A stretch of DNA of 20,568 nt from Candidatus Aenigmatarchaeota archaeon (lineage in GTDB: Archaea > Aenigmatarchaeota > Aenigmatarchaeia > Aenigmatarchaeales > JACQIB01): assembly GCA_046760225.1 (NCBI GenBank), contig JBHIDR010000014.1, forward strand, positions 1 to 20,568. Direction: 5' to 3'. The notes beneath the pieces were generated by a model that searched no databases, was not told where the DNA came from, and worked only from the letters and a program-made list of their open reading frames with translations. Below are positions 7,200-14,881 of the stretch, in pieces. The translations under genes were made by a program, and so were the position numbers. Position 1 is the first letter of the stretch. Every line of letters begins with the position of its first letter.

Positions 7200-8711
7200 A
7201 TGCGATTTGAACTTGAGGGGCGATTCAAGATGAGCAAGGATGTATCCAAGCTCGAGAAGGAGATAGGAGAAATAATAAAGACTGCGAATGAGACATTTTC
7301 AAAGGGCATTGATAAGGATAAAGCAGGCAAGGTCACAGAGTGGAGTGTAGAGAAGGATGTTGTGAAAATGAAAATAGTTTCTGGTGGTGTTCCAAGGCCC
7401 CATGAATTCATGATAAGGCTGAGGAAGCTGATAGGAGAAAAGCTGGGCAAGGAGCACAAGATAGGAATCAGGAGCATGTCAATAGAGAAGTATGTGATAG
7501 AAATCGAGGTTGAGATGGAGCCACTTGGTCCAATAAAGATGCCTTATGTTGAATCTGTTGATGTAAAGGACAAGAAAGCAGTGCTTGTGCTGAAGGACAT
7601 TGACGAGGATTTCTTGCAGAAGAACATTATTGACAGGCTGATTAACCTCGTGGACGACAAAATAAAAAACCAGCATTATGCAGGAAAGGGGGAGTTCAGG
7701 GAAGAGTTGTGGAGAAGTGAGGAAAAGACAATGAATTACAATGGAGATCCTGCAGCTGATATGGAAAAAATGGGATGGATAAGAAGAGCTCCAGGCAAAG
7801 GACAATGGGTATACGGGAGGGAGGTAACTGCTCTCTTCAACATCATGAAGAGATTGATGATAAAGTACATGTACAAGCCTCTTGGATTTCATGAAATGAT
7901 ATTTCCGAAATTCGAGCCTTGGGAAATCACGAAAAAGAGCGGACATGCTAAGAACGTGTATAATGTTGCATACTTTGTAATGGTGCCCAAGGACTCCAGT
8001 GAGGAGAACTGGGAAGACGTTGGCGACCACTTCAAGATTACAGGAGATATAGACAAGAAAGGGGTAATTGATAGAGTGGACTGTGTTGGAATACTCTCTT
8101 ATGCACAGTGCCCTCCTTTCTGGCCATTTCTTCAGGGCAGGACAATTGATGAAACCACATTGCCGCTGAAGACATATGACTGGTCTGGACCAACCTATAG
8201 GAACGAGTCAGGAGGAACACATGGTCTTGACAGGATAGAGGAATTTCACAGGGTTGAGACCCTCTGGGTTGGTACAAAGCAGCAAACAATTGATGTCTGG
8301 AACCAGACAAAAGAGGCATTCAAGAAAATATTTTATGAAGTGCTTGACATGGAGATTAGGATAGCTCTTGTTGCTCCATGGTGGATGGCACATGCTGGTC
8401 TTGCCTCTCAGAGAGGAAAGGAAGGACTAGGAACATATGATTTTGATGCTTATCTTCCTTATAGAGGCGATAGGAGCACTGAGTGGTTGGAGATGCAGAA
8501 CACAAGTTCCAATGGGCCAAAATATCCAAATGCATTTGCTGTCAAGGGAAGGAAAGAGGAGCTGTGGTCTGGATGTTCTGGAGGCAGTATACAGAGATGG
8601 ATAGCTGCATTCCTTGCCCAGAAAGGCCTTGATCCAAAGAATTGGCCAAAGGAGGTAAGGGAAATGTATGAGGAAGAACTTAAAGGAATGAAAGAGTTGA
8701 AGTTCTGCTAG
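7200..8711 (+). CDS. serS: Seryl-tRNA synthetase, atypical methanogen type (Zn-dependent)
   Basis: Mixed alpha/beta N-domain (MRFELEGRF...PRPHE), YAQCPPFW, motif 2 SGPTYRNESGGTHGLDRIEEFHRVE, PWWMA, EWLEMQN and motif 3 LWSGCSG...RW. GGGGTG RBS upstream. Confidence 0.92.
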   Translation: MRFELEGRFKMSKDVSKLEKEIGEIIKTANETFSKGIDKDKAGKVTEWSVEKDVVKMKIVSGGVPRPHEFMIRLRKLIGEKLGKEHKIGIRSMSIEKYVIEIEVEMEPLGPIKMPYVESVDVKDKKAVLVLKDIDEDFLQKNIIDRLINLVDDKIKNQHYAGKGEFREELWRSEEKTMNYNGDPAADMEKMGWIRRAPGKGQWVYGREVTALFNIMKRLMIKYMYKPLGFHEMIFPKFEPWEITKKSGHAKNVYNVAYFVMVPKDSSEENWEDVGDHFKITGDIDKKGVIDRVDCVGILSYAQCPPFWPFLQGRTIDETTLPLKTYDWSGPTYRNESGGTHGLDRIEEFHRVETLWVGTKQQTIDVWNQTKEAFKKIFYEVLDMEIRIALVAPWWMAHAGLASQRGKEGLGTYDFDAYLPYRGDRSTEWLEMQNTSSNGPKYPNAFAVKGRKEELWSGCSGGSIQRWIAAFLAQKGLDPKNWPKEVREMYEEELKGMKELKFC

Positions 8712-8722
8712 AATCGAAACCT

Positions 8723-8730
8723 ATTTAAAC
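8723..8730 (+). promoter_or_regulatory. Candidate TATA box of topA
   Basis: TATTTAAA preceded by purine-rich GAAA, 24-31 nt before ATG 8754. Confidence 0.55.
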
Positions 8731-8753
8731 TATGCCTATATTATAATGTTCTC

Positions 8754-10952
8754 ATGAGTTATACACTTGTGCTAGCAGAGAAGCCCAATGCTGCACAGAA
8801 AATAGCGCAGGCGCTTGCTGAAAAAAAGCCAGGACTGGTAACAACAGAGGACGGGGTAAAATACTATGAGTTCGCAAAGGGAAAGAAAAAGTTCATTGTT
8901 GTGCCTGCTGTTGGACACCTCTTCTCATTAAAAGACGTATCAAAGGGTGGATGGAACTATCCTGTACTGGAGTATGAGTGGAAGCCCACGTTTGAGATAA
9001 ACAAGAGAGCTGCTTTTGCAAAAAAGTATTTCGAGAATATAAAGAAGATTGCAGGAGAGGCAGATGATTTCATAGTTGCAACAGATTTTGACATAGAAGG
9101 GTCTGTGATAGGGTATAATGTTATAAGGTTCATATGTGGGAGGGATGATGCAAAGAGGATGAAGTTCTCCACACTGACAAAGCAGGACCTCAAGGAATCC
9201 TATGAACATGTGATGAAGCATCTTGACTTTCCTCAGATAGAGTCTGGTCTGGCAAGGCATGAACTGGACTTTCTTTGGGGCATCAACACCTCAAGGGCAC
9301 TGACACTTGCGATAAAAAAGGCCGGAAAGAAATTGAGCTTCTTCCTGCTTTCAGCAGGAAGGGTGCAGACACCAATGCTGTATTTCCTCATGAAGAAGGA
9401 AAAGGAAATCAGGGCATTCAAGCCAAAGCCCTATTGGCAGATAGAGGCAAAGGTGGAAATAAACAAGGAGCTTGTTGTAACCCCGCTGCACCTCGAGGGT
9501 AAGTTCTGGGGGAAACCAAGTGCACAGAAAGCATTTGGAAAGGCAAGGAAGGCAAAGAAAGCAAAGGTAGTCAGCATAGAGACAAAGCAGTACAAACAGA
9601 AGCCGCCTGTTCCTTTTGATTTGACAACACTACAAACAGAGGCATACAGGTTTTTTGGATGGTCACCCAGGCAGACCACCAACATAGCACAGACACTCTA
9701 TGACGGAGGTTATATATCCTATCCAAGAACAAGCTCACAAAAGCTTCCTCCGCAAATAGGCTATGAGAACATACTTTCATCGCTTTCAAGGATAAAGACA
9801 TACAAGAAGCTGTGCGGGAAGCTTCTTTCAGGCGAGCTGAAGCCAAATGAGGGAAAGAAAAAGGACCCTGCACACCCTGCTGTATATCCAACAGCAGAAG
9901 TGCCTGATGTCAAGAAGCTGGCAGGCCAGCCAAGGAGGCTGTACGACCTTATTGTGAGGAGGTTCCTTGCTGTTTTTGCTCCTGAGTCCAAGAGGGAAAG
10001 CGTGAAAGTGATATTTGACATAGGAGGAGAAAAATTCCCTACAACCGGAAGGAGAACAATTGAGAAAGGATGGACAGAGTTCTATGGCAAGTATGCAAAG
10101 GTGGATGAAGTAATATTTCCAGAGATGAAGAAGGGGGACATGTTCCCTGTGAAGAGAGTAATCCTGCTTGACAAGGAAACGAGCCCGCCGCCAAGGTTCT
10201 CGCAGGGCTCGATAGTGAGGGAGATGGAGAAGCATATGATTGGCACGAAAACAACAAGGGCACAGATACTCCAGACCCTCTATGACAGGGAGTATGTTAG
10301 TGGCAAGAGCATAGAGGTGACTGACCTTGGAATGAAGGTTTCAGCAGCACTTGCCAAATATGTTCCTGACATTGTTTCAGAGGACCTGACAAGGAAGTTC
10401 GAGAAGGAGATGGAGAAGATAGAGAAGGGAAAGAAGAAAAGGGGGAAGGTTGTAGAGGATGCAAAGAAGGTCATAAAGAAGATCTCCAATGAGTTCAGGA
10501 GCAATGAGATGAAGATAGGAAGGGAGCTTGAGAAGGCAGTGCTGAGCATGAAGCAGAAGAAGAGCATACTCGGGCCGTGCCCGAACTGCGGCAGCGACCT
10601 GAAGGTGCTATTTTCTCCGCGCACAAAGAAGAGATTTGTCGGATGCGGTGGCTATCCAAAGTGCAGGACAGGCTTTCCATTACCACTTTCAGGAATGATA
10701 AGTACCATAGGGAAGATATGCGACAAGTGCAACACGCCAATGATACAGGTGTGGAGGAAGGGCAGGAGACCTTTCAGGATGTGCCTTGATCCCAAGTGCG
10801 AGACTAAAAAAGATTGGGCAAAGCCTGGTGAAAAGAAGGTAGAAAAGAAGGAAGTTGCAAAGAAAGAACCTGAAAAGAAAGTGAAAAGGAAAGCAAAGAA
10901 GAAGGCGGCAAGGAAGGCCAAGAAGAAATCAACAAAAAGGAAGAAGACTTAG
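8754..10952 (+). CDS. topA: Type IA DNA topoisomerase with C-terminal Zn ribbons and Lys-rich tail
   Basis: TOPRIM AEKP and ATDFDIEG, SAGRVQTP, catalytic ISYPRT, AHPAVYPT, IGTKTTRA, and C4 ribbons CPNC..C..YPKC and CDKC..C...KC. Confidence 0.96.
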   Translation: MSYTLVLAEKPNAAQKIAQALAEKKPGLVTTEDGVKYYEFAKGKKKFIVVPAVGHLFSLKDVSKGGWNYPVLEYEWKPTFEINKRAAFAKKYFENIKKIAGEADDFIVATDFDIEGSVIGYNVIRFICGRDDAKRMKFSTLTKQDLKESYEHVMKHLDFPQIESGLARHELDFLWGINTSRALTLAIKKAGKKLSFFLLSAGRVQTPMLYFLMKKEKEIRAFKPKPYWQIEAKVEINKELVVTPLHLEGKFWGKPSAQKAFGKARKAKKAKVVSIETKQYKQKPPVPFDLTTLQTEAYRFFGWSPRQTTNIAQTLYDGGYISYPRTSSQKLPPQIGYENILSSLSRIKTYKKLCGKLLSGELKPNEGKKKDPAHPAVYPTAEVPDVKKLAGQPRRLYDLIVRRFLAVFAPESKRESVKVIFDIGGEKFPTTGRRTIEKGWTEFYGKYAKVDEVIFPEMKKGDMFPVKRVILLDKETSPPPRFSQGSIVREMEKHMIGTKTTRAQILQTLYDREYVSGKSIEVTDLGMKVSAALAKYVPDIVSEDLTRKFEKEMEKIEKGKKKRGKVVEDAKKVIKKISNEFRSNEMKIGRELEKAVLSMKQKKSILGPCPNCGSDLKVLFSPRTKKRFVGCGGYPKCRTGFPLPLSGMISTIGKICDKCNTPMIQVWRKGRRPFRMCLDPKCETKKDWAKPGEKKVEKKEVAKKEPEKKVKRKAKKKAARKAKKKSTKRKKT

Positions 10953-11620
10953 TGGTCCTTTTGATTTTCTATCATTTTTGTAACAATTAAGTCATCATAT
11001 ACCTCTCTTAACTGATTATCCTCCTTAACTACTGCCTTAAACAATTGTTTATAGAACTCTACTGATTGATGTGTATCAAAGCCCACATACTCGAATTCCG
11101 GAGGATTAAGGATATTTTTCGGTCCGGTATATTTTCTTATGGTATATCCTATTATTGCTGGTGCTGTTAAGTGCGCTAATTCCTCATGAGGCCAGTTGAA
11201 CCATGGTATTTCTTTCTTTGTGGCCCTTATGTCAGCCTTTTCATTCGGGTCTTCAAGAACGCAGTATATTGCGTCTGGGTCGTGCTCCTTGAGTATTTTT
11301 CCAAGGCTACCTGTCTTGGTTCTCCTGTCAATATAAAATCTTCTTTTAGGAGATTTCCTTAGGCCGCTCATCCTCTCCATGTCAATAGTTCCATGTTTTG
11401 AACTCATGATGATGTTGTCGTAATGCGGTATGACGTTTCTTGGATAAAAGACGATATCCAATGCCATTATGAGCGGTGTTCCGTCAAGATAAATGCCTAT
11501 TACCTTGTCCTTAGAATCAAGACCATAATCAATCATGTTCTTTCCAAGCTGAACAATGTTCTTGGCGACTACAGCCAAGTCATCATCAGAAATTATTTCA
11601 CCAATTCCAGATATCTTCAT
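10949..11620 (-). CDS. Hypothetical protein, probable PRTase fold, StiP/Ter-associated PRTase-like
   Basis: 223-aa ORF with a candidate TATA ~25 nt upstream. Ordered motifs VIGIYLDGTPL, HYDNII..KHGTID, FYIDRRTKTGSL and VLEDPNEKADIRAT resemble a type I PRTase layout (by eye). Confidence 0.5.
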   Translation of the reverse strand: MKISGIGEIISDDDLAVVAKNIVQLGKNMIDYGLDSKDKVIGIYLDGTPLIMALDIVFYPRNVIPHYDNIIMSSKHGTIDMERMSGLRKSPKRRFYIDRRTKTGSLGKILKEHDPDAIYCVLEDPNEKADIRATKKEIPWFNWPHEELAHLTAPAIIGYTIRKYTGPKNILNPPEFEYVGFDTHQSVEFYKQLFKAVVKEDNQLREVYDDLIVTKMIENQKDH

Positions 11621-11651
11621 ACATTATATGTCCCGAGAAAAGATTTAAGCG

Positions 11652-11939
11652 TTATTTCGTTGCAATGCCCATTATCATTGACCATGCGCCCTTTACTATG
11701 ACAAATATCCAGAGCAATGGTATAGACCAGCCCATTATCAATGAAAGCCCTGCAACCAGGTCAAGGAAACCGAGCACATCTGCCCAGAACCCTACTGCTA
11801 TGCCGTTGAGTATTGACCAGATACCTTTGAGAAGCGCGATAATACCCAGGGTCAGCACAATACCTGCACCAATTGCATTGTGCGCAACAAGAGCTGCGCC
11901 AACCCCTATGTCCAACATGCCGAGTATGAGCAGTATCAT
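11652..11939 (-). CDS. Small multi-pass membrane protein with a two-fold internal repeat
   Basis: 95 hydrophobic aa from ATG 11939. Repeats LGMLDIGVG...LLKGIWS and LGFLDLVAG...IVKGAWS. Confidence 0.8.
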   Translation of the reverse strand: MILLILGMLDIGVGAALVAHNAIGAGIVLTLGIIALLKGIWSILNGIAVGFWADVLGFLDLVAGLSLIMGWSIPLLWIFVIVKGAWSMIMGIATK

Positions 11940-11962
11940 AGTATGTTCTATGGAAGACAAAC

Positions 11963-11970
11963 ATTTAAAT
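11963..11970. promoter_or_regulatory. Candidate bidirectional TATA box (palindrome ATTTAAAT)
   Basis: Lies between divergent starts 11939 (-) and 11999 (+), about 25-35 nt from each. Confidence 0.5.
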
Positions 11971-11998
11971 CTGAGCAAGAACAATCACGTGAGGGTAC

Positions 11999-12475
11999 TT
12001 GAACAGGAAAAAACACCTGATTGAACTTTTTCACGAGCTCGGTGCCATCAAATACGGAGATTATTATCTTGTTTCTGGCAAAATTTCACACTACAAGATT
12101 CATGCAGACATTGTCTTGAACAGTCCAGAGGGCTATAGATTAGCTGGTGAGCTGGGAAGGGGGAGAATAAAGGACCATGCACTTGCAGGTGTTGCAACAG
12201 GAGGCGTGCTGTTTGCCCGGGCAGTTGGTGACAATGTGCTTTCTGTTGACCCCAAGAGAAAAGTTGTTGAGGGGGTGGTGGAGAAAAGGCCTTATGCTCT
12301 TCTGGAGGACGTGACAACAACAGGAGGATCGGTCCTGAGGAGCATAGAGCTGATGAGAGGAATAGAAGTGAACTACGTGCTTGTTCTGGTTGACAGATGC
12401 GAAGGTGCGCTGGAGAGGCTCAAGGATTACAATGCAGAATGCATACTCACTTCAGAAGATCTAGGCATTCTATAA
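11999..12475 (+). CDS. pyrE: Orotate phosphoribosyltransferase-like protein (compact, divergent)
   Basis: GAIKYGDYYLVSGKISHY, LAGVATGG, PRPP motif LLEDVTTTGGS, and LVDRCEGA. TTG start after GAGGG. Confidence 0.78.
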   Translation: MNRKKHLIELFHELGAIKYGDYYLVSGKISHYKIHADIVLNSPEGYRLAGELGRGRIKDHALAGVATGGVLFARAVGDNVLSVDPKRKVVEGVVEKRPYALLEDVTTTGGSVLRSIELMRGIEVNYVLVLVDRCEGALERLKDYNAECILTSEDLGIL

Positions 12476-13115
12476 CTTCCCTTATAGGGTTTTCTGATTC
12501 GCCTATCTTTCTTCCCACAATAGGATAGTCTACTCCTAACTCGAGTATGTCCTCAAAAGAACCTCCCTGATTGAACAGACCGGGCGAGCACAAATATACA
12601 GAACTGTTCTTTTGTTTGATTATTTTGGATACCTTCTCTACTGAGACTATCTTGTTTGCGGGTGCAACAAGGCCCCTGGCACCTGCTTCGATTGCAGTTT
12701 CAGCTACTTCTTCTACAATATCTTTGTAATAGGAATCAGTATCAGAAGTGTCGCATACAACAATTGTATCGATGTTTGTTTCTTCTAATTGTTTGACAAG
12801 TTCTTCAATTGCACCTTTACCTATGAAACCATGTGTAATAATTCCGTCTATCTCAAGGTCTCTGTACTTGTCAACAACAGGCTTGACATAGTCCTTCACC
12901 TCTGCCATCTTAAGGTCAAGAACAATGTTCCCATATTCCACAAGAATTTCCAGTTCATCTTTATTAAGATAAGTTAGAGAAGAATTTCCGATTTTGTATA
13001 CTATGTTGTCTTCCCCTGTTGAGAGAGCAATTGTACCAATAATGAAATCATACATGTCCCTGAACGATATCTGATCAAGGGCAACCATTAGTCCTCTTTT
13101 CTTTTCAAGGCCCAT
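12447..13115 (-). CDS. pyrF: Orotidine-5'-phosphate decarboxylase-like TIM barrel (divergent)
   Basis: LMVALD, YKIG, LDLKMAEV (DxKxxD-like), ITHG, GLVAPA, SPG..QGG and IVGR. ATG 13115 is the probable start. Confidence 0.8.
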   Translation of the reverse strand: MGLEKKRGLMVALDQISFRDMYDFIIGTIALSTGEDNIVYKIGNSSLTYLNKDELEILVEYGNIVLDLKMAEVKDYVKPVVDKYRDLEIDGIITHGFIGKGAIEELVKQLEETNIDTIVVCDTSDTDSYYKDIVEEVAETAIEAGARGLVAPANKIVSVEKVSKIIKQKNSSVYLCSPGLFNQGGSFEDILELGVDYPIVGRKIGESENPIREVIECLDLLK

Positions 13116-13153
13116 TCTAACACCAGAAGTATATAGAGGCAAAGAAATTTAAA

Positions 13154-13837
13154 TCAGAACACGCGGAATTTTGAGACTTCTTTCAGTCCTTCTTGTGCTA
13201 TCTGGAACTCTATGTGTTTGTCCTCTGGAAGCGACCTTGCCTTTGCTATGCGGGCAATTCTGCAGCCTGTTCTTCCTGCATGGCTGAGTTCGACCATGTT
13301 CTTTGACCACCATTTGACAATGTTCTTGCTGGAGAGCTCTATTTTTCCTGATTCAAGGTCAGCATAGACCTGATTGGTAACAAGTATGGGTATGTTCCTG
13401 TCCCTTGATATCTTTGACAGCAGGGCAAGCTGTGATGCAAGCTCACGGTTAACCTCATTGAAATTATTGTCTGTTATTTCCAGCCTCCACAGAGCAACAA
13501 TGCTGTCAACAACTATCAATCCTATATTCTCTTTTTTACAGAGCTTTTCCAGCTTCATCATGCTCTCGTTCTGCTCTTTCCATGACTTTGGTTCAAGAAG
13601 GATTATGTTCTTTGCTGTTTTCTTCCCACTGCTTATCTGTTCCAGCCTTTCCAGGGAAAAGCCACCTTCTGTATCAACAAAAACAGCCCTTTTCCCTGAC
13701 TCTACACAGGACACGCATGCCTGCAGAGCCACCTGGCTCTTGCCAGATGCAGGTACACCGTAAAAATTGGTTATGCAGCCCGATTCTATACCACCATTCA
13801 GAAGTTTGTCAATTGGTGTGGCAACAGTAAGTTTCAT
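13154..13837 (-). CDS. radB: DNA repair and recombination protein RadB
   Basis: 227-aa RecA core with no N-terminal HhH domain: IDKLLNGGIE, Walker A GVPASGKS, FVDTEGGFS, Walker B LIVVDS, VTNQV. Confidence 0.9.
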   Translation of the reverse strand: MKLTVATPIDKLLNGGIESGCITNFYGVPASGKSQVALQACVSCVESGKRAVFVDTEGGFSLERLEQISSGKKTAKNIILLEPKSWKEQNESMMKLEKLCKKENIGLIVVDSIVALWRLEITDNNFNEVNRELASQLALLSKISRDRNIPILVTNQVYADLESGKIELSSKNIVKWWSKNMVELSHAGRTGCRIARIAKARSLPEDKHIEFQIAQEGLKEVSKFRVF

Positions 13838-13860
13838 GACATTAGATATGCTGTTAAACC

Positions 13861-13867
13861 TTTTATA
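13861..13867. promoter_or_regulatory. Candidate bidirectional TATA box (TTTTATA / TATAAAA)
   Basis: 24-30 nt from radB ATG 13837 (-) and 22-28 nt from ATG 13889 (+). Confidence 0.5.
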
Positions 13868-13888
13868 GATTAAATTCGAATACAGGAT

Positions 13889-14851
13889 ATGGTAAGTGAG
13901 GCAAAGGTAAGGCGTGCGCATAATTTCAAGGAACTTTATTCTTCAATAAGAGAAGCCGGTGAAATAAAGGGAGCAAGAAAGAGCTATAAGCCGGTTGAAA
14001 TTATAGGAATCATAGATAAAACAAGGAAAGGAAAGTTGGATACGAGCTATGTAACAAGAACCGCCGGATTAAGGAGTAAAGTTGAAAGTCTGATAAAAGA
14101 GGAACACACCAGAAAAATCAGGGGTGCTAGAAACTTAGACGACCTTTATTCTGTTCTTGATGATATAGGGAAGATAAAGGGGAGAGCTAAAGACCCGAAA
14201 ACAGGTAAGGAGCCTGAATTTTCAGCTAACTACTTGAAGAAACAGATAGGGGAAGTGAAGAAAGGAAAGCACATATCTTATGTTACAAGCTCAGATGGTC
14301 TTAGAGACAAGGTAGCTGAGTTGGTAAGTGATTTCAGGGAGGAACTCAAAGAAGAGGGATATAGCCGCCAGGGCATCTTTATGCTAAAGGGATTTCCTGA
14401 GAGAAAGGAAGGAATAAAGCTTCATGTTTCTTCTAATCTTGAACATTCCAGAGCAGTAAGAGAAATAGTATTGCCCATACTTCAAAAATACGACGTTACA
14501 CACAAGATAGTGAAAAGTGGTGTGGGACTCAGGGATGTCATGGGAGCCAAAGAGTCACAGAAAGGAAAATTCATAACAGTATATCCCGAAAGTGATAAAG
14601 AAGCAGTGAAAATTGCCAGAGAAATAGATAGTGCATTGGCAGGAAAGAAATTACATGGACCAAAGATAGCGAATGAAAATAAATTGCCTGGTGGAAAATC
14701 GGGTCTTGTTTTCTACAGGTATGGTGCATTTAAAGGAGAATACGTAACAGGCCCCAAGGGAGAGAAAATAAAGGACGATAAGATAAGGTACGGTATTCTA
14801 CCACCTGTACCAAAGGGATTTAATGACCCTTTCAAGGAGAAGAAAAAATAA
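13889..14851 (+). CDS. Two N-terminal ~65-aa repeats fused to a phosphoSer/Thr lyase-like domain (LanKC/LanL N-terminal, OspF/SpvC-like)
   Basis: GIKLHVSS, THKIV, QKGKFITVYP, GPKI and VFYRYGAF match the order of the class III/IV lanthipeptide synthetase lyase motifs GWKIHVS, FK, GKFITIYP, GP and YRYG. Confidence 0.75.
   Translation: MVSEAKVRRAHNFKELYSSIREAGEIKGARKSYKPVEIIGIIDKTRKGKLDTSYVTRTAGLRSKVESLIKEEHTRKIRGARNLDDLYSVLDDIGKIKGRAKDPKTGKEPEFSANYLKKQIGEVKKGKHISYVTSSDGLRDKVAELVSDFREELKEEGYSRQGIFMLKGFPERKEGIKLHVSSNLEHSRAVREIVLPILQKYDVTHKIVKSGVGLRDVMGAKESQKGKFITVYPESDKEAVKIAREIDSALAGKKLHGPKIANENKLPGGKSGLVFYRYGAFKGEYVTGPKGEKIKDDKIRYGILPPVPKGFNDPFKEKKK
13904..14326 (+). repeat. Protein-level tandem repeat, aa 6-69 and 76-146
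   Basis: KVRRAHNFKELYSSIREAGEIKG...KG...SYVTRTAGLRSKVESLI versus KIRGARNLDDLYSVLDDIGKIKG...KG...SYVTSSDGLRDKVAELV. Confidence 0.85.
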
Positions 14852-14881
14852 TTTTTAATAAATTAGATGCTCATTATTCTT

